Assembly: GCF_018350175.1 (NCBI RefSeq) | Contig: NC_058368.1 | Location: 125,738,001 to 125,802,000 of the forward strand | From: Felis catus | Taxonomy: Eukaryota | Length of the DNA stretch: 64,000 nt | Direction of reading: 5' to 3' | Part shown: piece after piece, positions 1 through 12,300 of the stretch | Layout of the letters: each line of letters starts with the position of its first letter | Position numbering within the stretch: position 1 is the first letter of the stretch | Notes under the pieces: generated by a model | Seen by the model: the letters and a program-made list of their open reading frames with translations, nothing else | What the model was told of the DNA's origin: nothing | Database searches by the model: none | Position numbers and translations under genes: made by a program

Positions 1-127
1 AAAGCATTCACTTCCACAAAAATATGCTCTTTCCTTTCAGTTTGCTCTGACTTTTTAATTTTTAAAAAACTCTTTTCAACTCTAGAACGAAAGCTCTTTT
101 TGCCATGTTGGGGTAGGATTTGATAAA

Positions 128-129
<2 letters not shown>

Positions 130-162
<33 letters not shown>
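130..162. repeat. (CA)n microsatellite
   Basis: Uninterrupted CA dinucleotide run. Confidence 0.95.
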
Positions 163-166
<4 letters not shown>

Positions 167-1280
167 TTTTAATATAAGTAGCCTTCCCAACAATCCCTAG
201 GAAATTCTGTGGTTCCCTGCACCATTGCTTGATAATCTGTTCACTTATCATGACAAACAGCCCATCTTTGAAAGGATAAAGTATTTGGAACTGATTCCCA
301 GGATGAATCACATTTTAATAATTGCATAAGATTACTCACCAGTTCAAGGGAGTTAGATTTGAAAAACCAAATAAAAATCAAGTATACCCAACTTATATTT
401 TGCTTACAACATGTTCTATTATACACCCACAAAATGTTTCTTTTGTGAAGACTCAACCTGAAGATACACTGAAGGGAAATTTCCATTTCTGTGACTATGT
501 CAGTGACACAATCAATGTAGTCATATGCAATGTTCTTATTTCACTGTGTGGGACACAGAACAGTTTGCTGATTAACTGACAAATGAATGTCTGTTCAAGA
601 CAATCTAGAGGTCAGTGTCTGAAGAATGACTCAAAGGGTAGATGTCCCAAGAGAACCATTGACAAGGCTGCGTCTCCAAGGTCTCCGGATGAGGGCAGTG
701 ATTGATGATGAGAAAGCTGCCTCTGATTCAATATGTACTTTGTGGATAGTAATTCCACAAAGTCATTTACTGATAGTTGATTGAACACCTACTATGTGCC
801 AAGTGCTGGGCATTCATAATATTGAGTGAGGGGCAGATGAGCACTATTTGCATGAACTTCATGGACTAATAGGAAAAATAGACAAATGACTAATACAAAT
901 AAAGTGAAATGGGGGAAGACAGTTCTCTGGGCATGGGGTGGGTTGAGAAATTTTGCTAGTTGGCTCTCACTGTTTTGACGACCTGGTTTTGATACTTACA
1001 TAGGATCTTGGTAAAATACTTGAAAATCATTTTCAGTGTTAATGTTCATTAGAGGATTAGATTGATTCAAATTCAATTCTCTGGACTCCTTAAGCATCAC
1101 AAGCCCACAATCTTAAAAAAAATCCATAAAAGGCCCATACACTTTAAGATTGGAGATATGTTTTTTTTATTTAAGGTTTTCTATTCCTTTTATCTATCGA
1201 TGATGCTAATTTTAAATGCTTCAAAAACTGCTTTCCATCTCTCTCTCCTCCTGAATTCCACTGAAAATGAACTGGGCAGG

Positions 1281-1460
1281 GGGTGTTTGAGTGGCTCAGT
1301 GGATGAAGCGTCCAACTTCAGCTCAGGTCATGATCTTGCAATTTGCAAGTTCGAGCCTCCCTTGGGGTTCTCTGCTGTCAGCTCAGAGCCCACTTTGGGT
1401 CCTCTGTCTTCCTCTCTCCCTGCCCCTCTACCCACCCCTCAAAAATATATAAACATTAAA
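1281..1460 (+). mobile_element. CAN-SINE (SINEC, diverged)
   Basis: tRNA-like head (tggctcagt A box, gttcgag B box), CT-rich body, A tail; TSD aaaatgaactgggcagg at 1264-1280 and 1461-1477. Confidence 0.93.
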
Positions 1461-1635
1461 AAAATGAACTGGGCAGGCATGCTATTTAAGAGGAGGATAT
1501 TTTCTGGGTTTAGAGGAAAACACCCAGCTATAGGTATGGAGAGATGTGTTAATTACTTAATTCATTGTTTCATTTAGATTTGCTGAGTGCTGGAATGAAC
1601 CAGCATTATGCTAGGAGCTATAGGTTCCAGACCAT

Positions 1636-2113
1636 TGTATGAAGAAGATTGACCCCCCAAATATTTCCACAACCTAATTCCAGAAACTGGTAAATATGTT
1701 TGAATTGAATTAAGGTTGCTAATCAGCTGATGTAGAATGGGGAGAGTATCATGGATCATCTAGGTGGGCTCAGTGTAATCACACAGGTGCTTATTAGTGG
1801 AAGATGGAGGCAGAAGAAGGAGAATGAGAGAGATGGTAGTATGACTACCTCTCATCCCACCATTGTTGGCTTTGAAGATGGAAGAATGAGTCCATGAGCC
1901 AAAGAGTGCTGGTGGAGTCTAGAACTGAAAAAGACAAGGAAATGAATTATCTCCTGGAACTTCTGGAAAATAGGACATTTCTGCTGACCCTTCAGTTTTA
2001 GCCCAGTGAGACCAATTTTGTGCTTTTGACCTCTAGAACTGTAAGATGATATTGTGTTGCTTGAAGTCACTAAGGTTGTGTTAGTTTATTACAATAGCAA
2101 TTGAAATCTAACA
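1636..2113 (+). mobile_element. MaLR LTR (MLT1-like solo LTR)
   Basis: Typical MLT1 motifs (ggctttgaagatggaag, gacctctagaactgtaagat, tttattacaatagcaattgaaatctaaca); subfamily not resolved. Confidence 0.8.
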
Positions 2114-2479
2114 CTCAGACCATAGATAGTTCCTGGCCTCAAAAAACTAATAGACTGGTAGAGATGTTAAGAGTTCAATGAAGTAATGTTATAGCTAGCA
2201 ACACTGAGTGCTGCCCGGGACTGACACTGGAAAAAAAGGCTTATAGAAAGGATAAAATATCCTATGTATTGGTCAAAACTAAAGAATTGAAGCCATAGAT
2301 TTTTTTGCTGGTCATATGATCATTTGTGGCCAAGAACAGACAGGATAGCACTTTGTGGGCATTTCTAGAGACAGCTGAGGAATTTGCCAAAGATATTAGC
2401 AGATGGACCCACAGAGTGTTGAAGAGGTGGAGGTGGAGTGGAGGAAGAGGTGGAGTGTTGAAGATGCTACCAATATTTA

Positions 2480-2905
2480 AAAGAATCTGAGATGATAATA
2501 TTTTAAATACCACCTATACAATGACTTCCAAAACTTCTATTTGCCCTTTCTGTAAGTAGCACCTCTTCTTTTCTAGTTCTTCAGGACAAAAACCTTGGAC
2601 TCTTCCTTGACTTCCTTTTGCCTAGCACCCCCTATCATTTTCTTCTGGGAATCTAGTTAGCTTTATTTCCAGTATATTTCCACTCCAAACACTTCTCACC
2701 ACTACCTCTGCTGCATTCCTAGTCTTAGCCACTTTTGCTATTAAACAATAGTAGCCTCAAATTGATCTGTCTACTTCCATCCTTTTCCAAATAGAATCTA
2801 CTCTGAACCACAGAATTCGGAACAGTCCTTTAAAAATGTAAATCATTACTTTGCTCAGAACTTTCCAATGATGTCCAATCTCACTCAGAGTAAAAACCAA
2901 AATCA
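2480..2905. mobile_element. L2 fragment (ancient LINE)
   Basis: L2-like motifs such as taaaaatgtaaatcattactttgctcagaactttccaatg and cactcagagtaaaaaccaaa. Confidence 0.55.
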
Positions 2906-2909
2906 AAAT

Positions 2910-3390
2910 CCTCCTAGGGATCTACCCAGGAGAATTAAAAGTGTGTTCGCACAAAGATTTCCCACAAATGTTTGCAGCAGCATTATTCATACTAGCCAAA
3001 ATGTAGAAATAACCCATCAGTTCATTAACTGATAAGTGGTTAAATAAAATGTGGTATATAGAAAGGAACAAAGTGTTGGCACCTGTGAAAACATGCATGA
3101 ATCTGGAGAACGGTATGCAAAGGAAAATAAGCCAGTCACAAAAGCTCACATACTTTTTTATTCTATTTATATAACATACCCAGAATAGGCAAATCTATGG
3201 AAACACAGAAAGAACATTAGTGGTTGCTAGGGAAAAGGAGGAAGGAGTCGAGAACAACTGATAAAGAAGATGGTGTTTCTTGTGCAGTGGTGAAAATGTT
3301 CTGGCAGTAGGTGAGTGGTTGCCCAGCTTTGTGCATACACTAAAAACTGCTGAACTCTACCTGGAGGGAAGTGTGTATCTGAACATAATT
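2910..3390 (+). mobile_element. Ancient L1 (L1MB/MC-like) 3' fragment
   Basis: Degenerate ORF2 end/3' UTR (ctcctagggatctacccaggagaa, gcagcattattcatactagccaaa, ataggcaaatctat...agtggttgctaggg). Confidence 0.8.
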
Positions 3391-3720
3391 GGGATTCTAT
3401 CAGGAAAGTGTAAAGGATGAAATTAGATGTGGAAAAGATGAGCAAAAAAAAAATCTGCCTCATCCCTCTAGCCATTTGAGTTGATAATTCTAAATCTTCT
3501 CTACCTGGAGAAGTTCTGAAACAGGTTTATGCAAACATCCTGGCACAAACCGCAGTTGTTGTGGTATGGTATGTACTATCAATGCAGCTTCCCTCTGCTG
3601 GTAGTGACCTTGATCACTTGGGTGAGGCAATGTTGGTTGGTTTTTCCAATGCCTCCAGCAGGGCATTGGGAGGCCCTAAGCCCTGAAAACATTTTAAGGC
3701 TTATCTCCTCATTATATTAA

Positions 3721-3945
3721 ATTTTTTTTAATGTTTATTTATTTTTGACAGAGAGAGAGAGAGAGAGAGAGACAGAGCATGAGCAGGGGAGGGGCAGAGA
3801 AAGAGGGATACACAGAATATTAAGCAGGTTCCAGGCTCTGAGCTGTCAGTACAGAGCCCGATGTCGGGCTCGAACTCACAGACCGCCTAGATCATGACCT
3901 GAGCCGAAGTCAGTTGCTCAACCGACTGAGCCATCTGGGCACCCC
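3721..3945 (-). mobile_element. CAN-SINE (SINEC_Fc-like)
   Basis: Reverse-complement SINE; TSD tctc(c/t)tcattatattaa at 3704-3720 and 3947-3963. Confidence 0.95.
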
Positions 3946-6900
3946 GTCTCTTCATTATATTAAGAGAATAAAATCACCATACTGAAAAATAAGTTCTGAT
4001 ATTTTCCAGGATGACTACATTTTGTGGGAATTTTCTTTTCTAAAGCTGTAAAATTAGTTCCTGAAACTTCTTTTTTGGTGTTTCTGTCTTGTTGGTGTCC
4101 TAGGTTGATTTGGGACATAGTCTCACTTTCTCTTTCATTTACTGTTCCTTCTGAAAGGGACCTGATAGGTTTTCGTTTGCTTTTTTTCTTTTTCCTAACT
4201 CAAATACATATACATGTAAGGACACCTTACACTTAAATGAAATAAGTGTATTTGGTTCTCTAAGCATTTATTCCTATTGTGTTAAAACAGAAGATCTATG
4301 CTAGAAATAAGAGCAGCCACAAAGGTTAATAAACTTTTGTCCTTAGAGACCTTCTCGTCTTTGGGAAGTGCTACCTCAACCTAATCCAAATGCATGAATC
4401 ACTGCATCAGAGTTCTGTCACAAGGCAGGTGACATCTGTTTTCAGATCAGGAGCTTGCTGGGAAACCCCAAAACACATTCCCACCTTCTAAGTTTGACCT
4501 TGTTGAAATGGAGGCTGGTTAATTTTTAATGTTAATTAGAATCAGCCATTTGTTGGAATATCTACACTGAGTAGGAATATGGCAGGTCAAAGGAAACTCA
4601 GAGAATAAGTATAAGCAGTTACAGTCATATAGCTGTAAGGTTTCATCCTATCTGCTGTGCTTGGAGACTCGTGAACTCACTAGATGGCTTATATTTTTCT
4701 AACATCAGGTTTACGTAAAATCCTGGTACGTTATGGACTACTAGGTCAAAGGATAAAAGGATTTTTTTTTTTTGTGCCCTAAAGGAATTTTTTTCATCTT
4801 GGTGAGGATTAACCCCTAAAGAGCAGTTGAGAAAATTTAGAAAGAGGTTCAATGCTTTTATTCTAGTAGTATTCTCAAGCAAGTCCACATCATACACCAA
4901 GATTAGCTGTTTATTGGGGATTAGCTGTTTATTACTTTAATTTTAGCATTCATTTAATGAGCTCTACAGGAGAATGTGTTAGAGGAGTTAATTTTTTCTC
5001 TGTTACTAATTACTTATTTTAGGAAGAGAGGAGTATATAATGTGCTAATAAAAAGGATCCCTGTATTGGGTAGATAACAACACATTGGGGGCCACTAAAA
5101 GGTAGACCTTCTCCACTAATTCTCCTGTTTTAACCCATACATACATTATACTTCTCAGAAACTGAAATAATCTATTAAATGGGCCTTTAAAATTCTTTCC
5201 TTTAGTCATACCAGTGAAGTAGCCCTAATTTATAAAAACCCCAAACCAAAAAACCTGCTTTATCTCATTGATACTGATTATATTATAGGCAGAGAATTTA
5301 TTGAAAATATCCAACATTTGGTAGGGAAGGGGGATGAAGCACATAATAACAGATTTGAAATTAAAAGTTGGAAATTTATAGCATTAAAATGTGATAGCAT
5401 ATTAGTGAATTCAAGATCACTAAAAAAAAGTCACTGACTTTTATAAATGTCACAGTCTCTGTCAGCCACCTGCTTATTTCTCTAGTCTAAAACCAGAGAT
5501 TTTCCTCCAACTTATAATTTAAAAAGAGTAGTTAAATTTCTTAAAGGATATCTTTTTTTTTTTTTTTTTACGTTAGCAGCAGACATAGCTAGTTGCCTTT
5601 GAAACATCCAAAGAGCTCTTCTTTGCCTCCTCTATCATTAATAGAACCTCGATTTTGTTTGGAATGGTAATTACACAGGTTCATTTCATGATTTGAGATA
5701 AGGTTAAGCTAAGGTTAAATGACAATTGTACCACTTCTATCCTTTCCTTTTTATCTCCTTGGAACATATACCTAATGCCTGGTGCTATAGTAGCCATCTT
5801 GTGACCATGAGGACACAAGCCACATGAAACAGAAGGATAAAAGGAGCCCCTTTCTTATTCTTCTGTTTAAATCTACCATGTATTTCCTATCTTCAGACTT
5901 TCTACTAAAGTATTCACTTTTAAGGTACAAAGTTATTTTTGTGCTTTAACATTTCTGAAATTAGGAATGTGCTCGTGGCTTAAAGACTATCACAGAGTGC
6001 ACTTTTCATTTCTAAGAACTAAGGGAGGAGACAGGGGACACGGTGGATTAGATAGTTATTAGCAGCATTCTTTAAGGGGGAAATTTACTTACTTTAAAGT
6101 TGGCTTCAGTGCTCAGCACCAGTGGCATTTAGTTCTTTAAAAGACCATTTTAAGAATAAATCACTTTTGCTCTTGATAGCACAGAGACCAGTATAAAATT
6201 AAAAAATTATTGGCAATTTTTACTTGAAAATTAGTCGGAAGAGTTAAACTCTGAATTTGAAAAAGTTCAGAGATTTCTTAATCAGTTGATCTGACATTTT
6301 AAAGAACACACAGAGGTGATACAATACAGATCCAAGCTTAACACCTCAATATCTAGTAAACATTCTAAGTAATAAAAACATGTTTCATAATTACTTGGCA
6401 ACATTTTTCTTTAGGAAAAGAAAATAATTACTACTTGGGCTCATAATGCTTGAGTTTTGACAAAATGCAGTATATTAGAGAAAGAGAATCCTTACTTGGG
6501 TAAGGTACTTCTAGTTGGGTATTTTGTTGGATCTGAAGTTAGTCTCAGTGTATATAAACTGTACATGAAAATATGTTGCATGTCCTGATAAATTTTTTTC
6601 AGCACTGTTTAGCGTGGCCTTCTAGTGCTCTGGGTGTGAAAGCCCGCCTTTAGATACCCCAAATGGCTTAAATATTAAATAATACTTCTCATAAAAATCT
6701 TACCAGAGCCCTTGCTTATGCATGTTGGAAAAAAAAACCCCTTCTTAAACCATACTAGACGGAGCGTGTTCTACATTTTTTTAGCATGAAGAAAGCGTCA
6801 CTATTTTAAGTCATAAAACCTCCACTAACATAAAGTCATCAATTCATATCTTCAGTTCATATCTGGGTCTAAGAGATTGTGATTAAAGAGAGCTAGGCAT

Positions 6901-7789
6901 CCATGCCCATACACTCCCACCCCCACACACTCCCACCCCCACAAGCATACCCACATTGTAATGGTACGCTTAACAGCTCACATTCTAGGAACTATTTACT
7001 ATACAAATTTCAGAATACTGCGTTTTATCTCCCAACTGGATTTTATAATTGAAAAAGTGATTCCTACCAGAACGAATGCTAAATATTCTTACATTTAAGA
7101 TAGACATGTATCTATCAGTGTGCTAAATAGTGTGCTTCTATGAGAACTGAGTAACTCTTCATACTGCAAAAAATTCCTTACTCTGGAGCTTTGCAAGTTT
7201 TTTTTATTAAATGTATTTTATGATGAATATTCTTCATTATTTACTATTTTATGACTAATATTCTTTTCATGATTCACTTCTCTTTACATTAAAGATTTAA
7301 ATCTGAGAATGTCTGTGTACTACTACATTCAAGGAAGAGGAGAAACATGTATTAAGTCCCCTAAATGTGTCAGTAACTGTGTAGCTTTCTATCACAAATT
7401 GACTTGTTCCATCTGAAAAAAACAAACAAACAAAAAAACATGAGGTATGTAGGCCCTAAGGTATGCTCTATGTTACAACTGAGGAACTCCAGCCCTAGAC
7501 AGACATAGAAAGTTGTTCCAAGTGCTAAGCCATTTGAACCACATGAACCAAACTCCAAAGCCTAGGCAATTTCCAAACCATCACATTCTCTCCTGAGAAT
7601 GAAGGATGATTGGCAACAAATTGCTGAATGTCTACTATGGACGAGTCATTGGGCTGGCAGTGTCCCTACCTTCCTAGTACTAACAGTTACCTGAGCACTA
7701 ACACGCTGCCTGGTATTACAAAGCATCTCTGGCTAAGTATGAAACTACTGATGAGGCCAGAACAATTGCTCTTAGAAAAAGGCCCTGGC

Positions 7790-8030
7790 CTTTTAGCACA
7801 GAGTGTGGTTAAGAGCCCAGAGCAAAGACTTTGAGATCGAGATCTTGTGGGGTTCCTTCTCTAGGAAGGACTTGACTTTGTGCAATTTGCTCACCTCATA
7901 CAGCTTCAGTCTCTTCATCAGCAAAAGGCAATACTAACTGAAATGGTTTCCTACCTTACAAAGGTGGTTGTGAAACAATGGGATACCATTTACAAAACAC
8001 TCAGATGGCACCTAGCATTTAGCTGGCCCC
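7790..8030. mobile_element. MIR
   Basis: MIR core-like motifs (gtggttaagagc, cttcagtctcttcatcagcaaaa, cctaccttacaaaggtggttgtga). Confidence 0.65.
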
Positions 8031-8078
8031 TGGCAATGTTCTGGAGGAGCCAAAGACTAAGTAGAAATGGACTACCTT

Positions 8079-8290
8079 TTTTTTTTTTAATGTTTATTTA
8101 TTTTTGAGACAGAGAGAGACAGAGCATGAGCAGGGGAGGGTCAGAGAGAGAGGGAGACACAAACCTGAAGCAGGCTCCAGGCTCTGAGCTGTCAGCAGAG
8201 AGCCCGATGCGGGGCTCGAACTCACAGAACATGAGATCATGACCTGAGCCAAAGTTGGACGCTTAACTGACTGAGCCACCCAGGTGCCCC
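8079..8290 (-). mobile_element. CAN-SINE (SINEC_Fc-like)
   Basis: Full body; imperfect TSD tagaaatggactacctt (8062-8078) / taggaatggactgcctt (8291-8307). Confidence 0.95.
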
Positions 8291-9003
8291 TAGGAATGGA
8301 CTGCCTTAAAGACAGGTCTCAAGCATCAGTCCGCCCTGGGACCAGAAATCCACTGGGAGGAGTGGTTCCCATGGGCTTAACACAAACAAATGTTGAAATG
8401 TTCAACAAAGACTTGCCCAGGAACACCACAAATAAAACAAAGTGACCCTCTGTTTAATTGCTAACAACTACTAAATATACACAGAATCAGCTTTGATTTT
8501 CAAAGGTATAGATATCACCAACAGGAGTATTCAGGTACCTAAACAGTCACATGGTAACTGCTCTGAAGAGGTAGTGCTTTGTAGTTAGCCTGCAGAACAG
8601 CTGTGGTCTCTGTTTATAGGGCTCACCACTATTTGCATGTTTCTGCCTCACGGGCTATAAAATCAGCTAACTCCTCCTGCTTGCTTCTGGTAAAGCATTA
8701 AAAAAACAAAACAGAACAAAATTTGGTCAACGAAACCACCTCTCCTAGCTGAAACTGCATCAGCCTGGATATCACTGTGCTCTCTGATGCCATATTCCCT
8801 ATTTTCTGTTCTCTAGTACCCTAGCAATCTGTAACTTGACTGAGTTCCATAAGCCCCAGTTCCATATTTTTAGACACAGAAAAGCAGTATTAACATCTGT
8901 AAGCCAGATCTTTGTTTTATCCTGCTTTATATTCATTTTTACCTATGTTACCTAGAACGGCCTATTATGCTTTCTCTAAAAAAATAATGTGTTTTTAGTG
9001 CTT

Positions 9004-9210
9004 TTTTTTTTTTTAATTTATTTTTGGGACAGAGAGAGACAGAGCATGAACGGGGGAGGGGCAGAGAGAGAGGGAGACACAGAATCGGAAACAGGCTCCA
9101 GGCTCCGAGCCATCAGCCCAGAGCCCGACGCGGGGCTCGAACTCACGGACCGCGAGATCGTGACCTGGCTGAAGTCGGACGCTTAACCGACTGCGCCACC
9201 CAGGCGCCCC
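9004..9210 (-). mobile_element. Young SINEC_Fc inserted in the tail of an older SINE
   Basis: CpG-rich, near-consensus body; TSD tttagtgctt at 8994-9003 and 9211-9220. Confidence 0.96.
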
Positions 9211-9220
9211 TTTAGTGCTT

Positions 9221-9380
9221 ATTTTTGAGAGCAAGAGACAGAGTGCGAGCAGGGGAAGGGCAGAGAGAGAGAGGGAGACGCAGAATCTGTAGCAGGCTCC
9301 AGGCTCTGAACTGTTAGCTTGGAGCCTGACATGACTCTTGAACCAACAGTCACCTAACTGACTGAGCCACCCAGGCACCC
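9221..9380 (-). mobile_element. Older CAN-SINE (interrupted)
   Basis: Diverged SINE body ending gagccacccaggcaccc; its tail is interrupted by the young SINE. Confidence 0.88.
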
Positions 9381-12300
9381 TGCCTGCTTTGCTTTCTTAA
9401 TCTGCTGAGAACAGTTGCGAAGTATTATATTTTGCTGCTTAGATTTATCCAGACCATTATCTCAAACTTTTAAGTGCTTCATCCCAGTTTTACTGCCTGT
9501 AGCACTTCTCAGCTGAAAGCACTTTCCCTCTGCTTCTAATTGTGATTAGGCATCTGCTGTTGGAAAAGCAGAATTTGCTTTACGGCATGGCGTGGGAGAT
9601 TGGAGTGTGCCAACGCATCCTTGCTGCAGAACTCTGTTCAGCCCTAGACATGCATCAGTAAGTGGAGGCTACAGAAATAATATCTGAATTTGAAAAATTC
9701 TTCATAACACTCTACTAACCATCCTTCCTAGGGCAGGAACTAGATAAAGGTGAATAGCACATACTCCTCAGGAAAATGTCTGCAATTTCCTGCTGGCTTG
9801 GAACCCTGCTGCAGTTCTGTTATTAACTGCTCTATGATGGCAAAAAGATGGAGGAAAAGGTTTAAAGGGCTTTGCTAATTAGTGCTTGTTTTAGTGACAG
9901 TTGGATGGCTGGCCTTGAAATCGGAAGGTCAGATATGAAAACTCAGGGGAAAGCTTGAAAGCACCAGAATTCTTATAACTGTGTTCATTCTACACCATCA
10001 AGTCCCCCAACCAGGCAACCCCTCATGGTATGTGGCTCCTCGTCTTCCTGTACTTTCACAAGCATTACTAAAACTCCACCTCACTGGCCAACCAACATGG
10101 GAATTTTCCTGATTCTCTGTAATAATCGCTACAATTCAAACTAACAAGCTTCAATTTGTCAAGGTCCTTAGTTTTGATAGGAAGCCCCTGATTCCTAAAG
10201 AGGGAGGCTTATCACCTTCTTTTTTTTTTTTTTTTTTTTTTTTACTAATAGCCTTGAAGATCTTGGTGGTTCCCACAAACTTCTTCCTTTTATCGCAAAG
10301 ATGAGTCATAGGAAACTGTCAACAGCCATGATGTGGGGACAGTGTTAACAGAGATCATTGAAATTCCCACATAATGCCAAACCACTGCTTTGTTACTAGC
10401 TTCAGCCTCTTAAAAAATCTTCCCTAGAGATGTTAACAGCATTTCACTGATATGAGTTTGAAAAGAGCTGGGACCTTTTTGAGAAGTGTTAACCCAAGAG
10501 ATGGGATCAGAATTGGGCAGTAGAAAGAAGACCTAGAAGCAAAAATGGATTGAATACCAATTGTTGTGTAGTAAACAGATTGTGTAGTTTTGTGTTCCTG
10601 CCATGCTATCGTTTATCCTTTATGCCATGCTATACCACGGTTTTTTTTATTTATAAACCTTAGTGGGCTAACAAGATCTTTTTTACAGAACTTACACATG
10701 AGAATAGGGGTGGAAACTGACCTGCTGAGAAATTAATGGGGTTTTCCAGAAGTCATATGATAAGTGGTTGCTTAGAGAAGAATAAAATTTCCAATTGTAG
10801 AAACGCTGTCCGCTGTTCCATTCTCTGTCATCCTTCTGATCTTAAGTGTTGAAGTTTGCTGTTCTTTATTCTTTTAATGGGCTCTGCTTCTGCCCTGAGG
10901 AATTCAACTTGATTTCTCCTATAGATGTTCAAAAGGACACCTGCACTTGAAGAGAAAATGGTGAGAAAAGCCTTGGGGTTAGAGGTGGGAGCCTCACAGG
11001 TTTCCCTGGGGGTCTTCAGAAAGATCTCTGCACTGTGGAAACCAGGTGAAGTAAATGGGAGAAGGAATGTTAAAGGAGAAATATTTTCTGGTATTTATGT
11101 TGATGGCATGAGTGACCCTCTCTGGCTCCTGCAAAGGCAAGGAGGGAATGGTCATGGACTGTGTATAACGACCCAAGCACTGGCCTAAGAATTTAAATAC
11201 TCACTGTGAGCTCCAGCTCTGTCAGAGGGCTGTTTGGCCTCAGGGTGTCATTTTACTTCCTCTGTCTCTTGATGTGTAAAGTGAAAACACTGCATTATGA
11301 GCACACCAGCCTTTTTGGGTTCTAACTTTGGATGATGTTAGAAGCCTTATGATAGAGTGGGAATTACACACACAGAAGCAAACTTCCAGTGATACATGTG
11401 GTTTTGTCAGGTTGCGCTGTCTGGCTTCCAGTTTCTTCACAAAGAAATGAAGAGAATAACATCTACCTTGCAGGGCTCTTGTGAAAATGATAGAGGACAT
11501 AGAAGTGGCCCTACATGGATCAGACTGATTCCTGTCCCAGTGATAAGTAGCATAGGTTCTGTCACTGAGAGAGGAAGTGATTCAAGGTGGCTGGTTCTTC
11601 ATGAGATGAGAAAGGCAGCTCTGTGGTCCCAAGACCTCATGCAAACCCTAACAGTGATTAGAGCCTCAGTGCACATGTTTTGCTTCAACCCAACCTCTGT
11701 GGTCTTGAGAACCTCCCTGACCCCACTCCCCTGACTGAGAAGGTCTGCTGGTGAGGTGAATGTAGCGAACCATGGCTTAGAGGGATTCAAGAATAGCTTC
11801 TTGGAATGCTTTTCCTGGTGCTCCTGAGTTCTTCTGCTCAGAGCTGGGCAGCACATAGAGGTGTGGGGAGCAGACAAAGAAGAGCTGAAGACTCCCACCT
11901 TGGTCAGTCTCTAGTATTTCAGCTGAGTTGAGAGTACTTAGGAAAATGAGCTCCAGTTGGGAGAGAAAAAAAATCCATCTTTTCTTAGATTTTTCACGAA
12001 CAACCAAGTTTGGTCATTTATAGGAAAATGGATCATTTGACACCTTGGAGACTTTATCTGGGAGGAGATGATTTCTTTATCTCTTGTGCTGTAAGAACTG
12101 AAAGTTATTTTGCAGCTATAAAATTAATGATGTATTCACCTGTCCTGAACAATGGATTTGGAGTCTTAACACTGAGCCTGGACCACAATTATGTCCTCTA
12201 GAGGTCACCAGTGCACCAGATTTGAAGGCCATGGAGGCTTCCAAAATGCCTTAGGAAAAGCCAAGTGTCCCGCTTACGTCTGAGTGAAAGAAAATAAGGC

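Noticed and set aside
1062..1577. 171-aa ORF
   Set aside because: Non-ATG start, runs through a SINE, no recognisable domain.
9472..9525. Hairpin with AAGTGCT seed resembling miR-17/93/302 families
   Set aside because: The best stem (aagtgct...agcactt) spans only about 36 nt with bulges, too short for a pre-miRNA, and the arms do not match known mature sequences.
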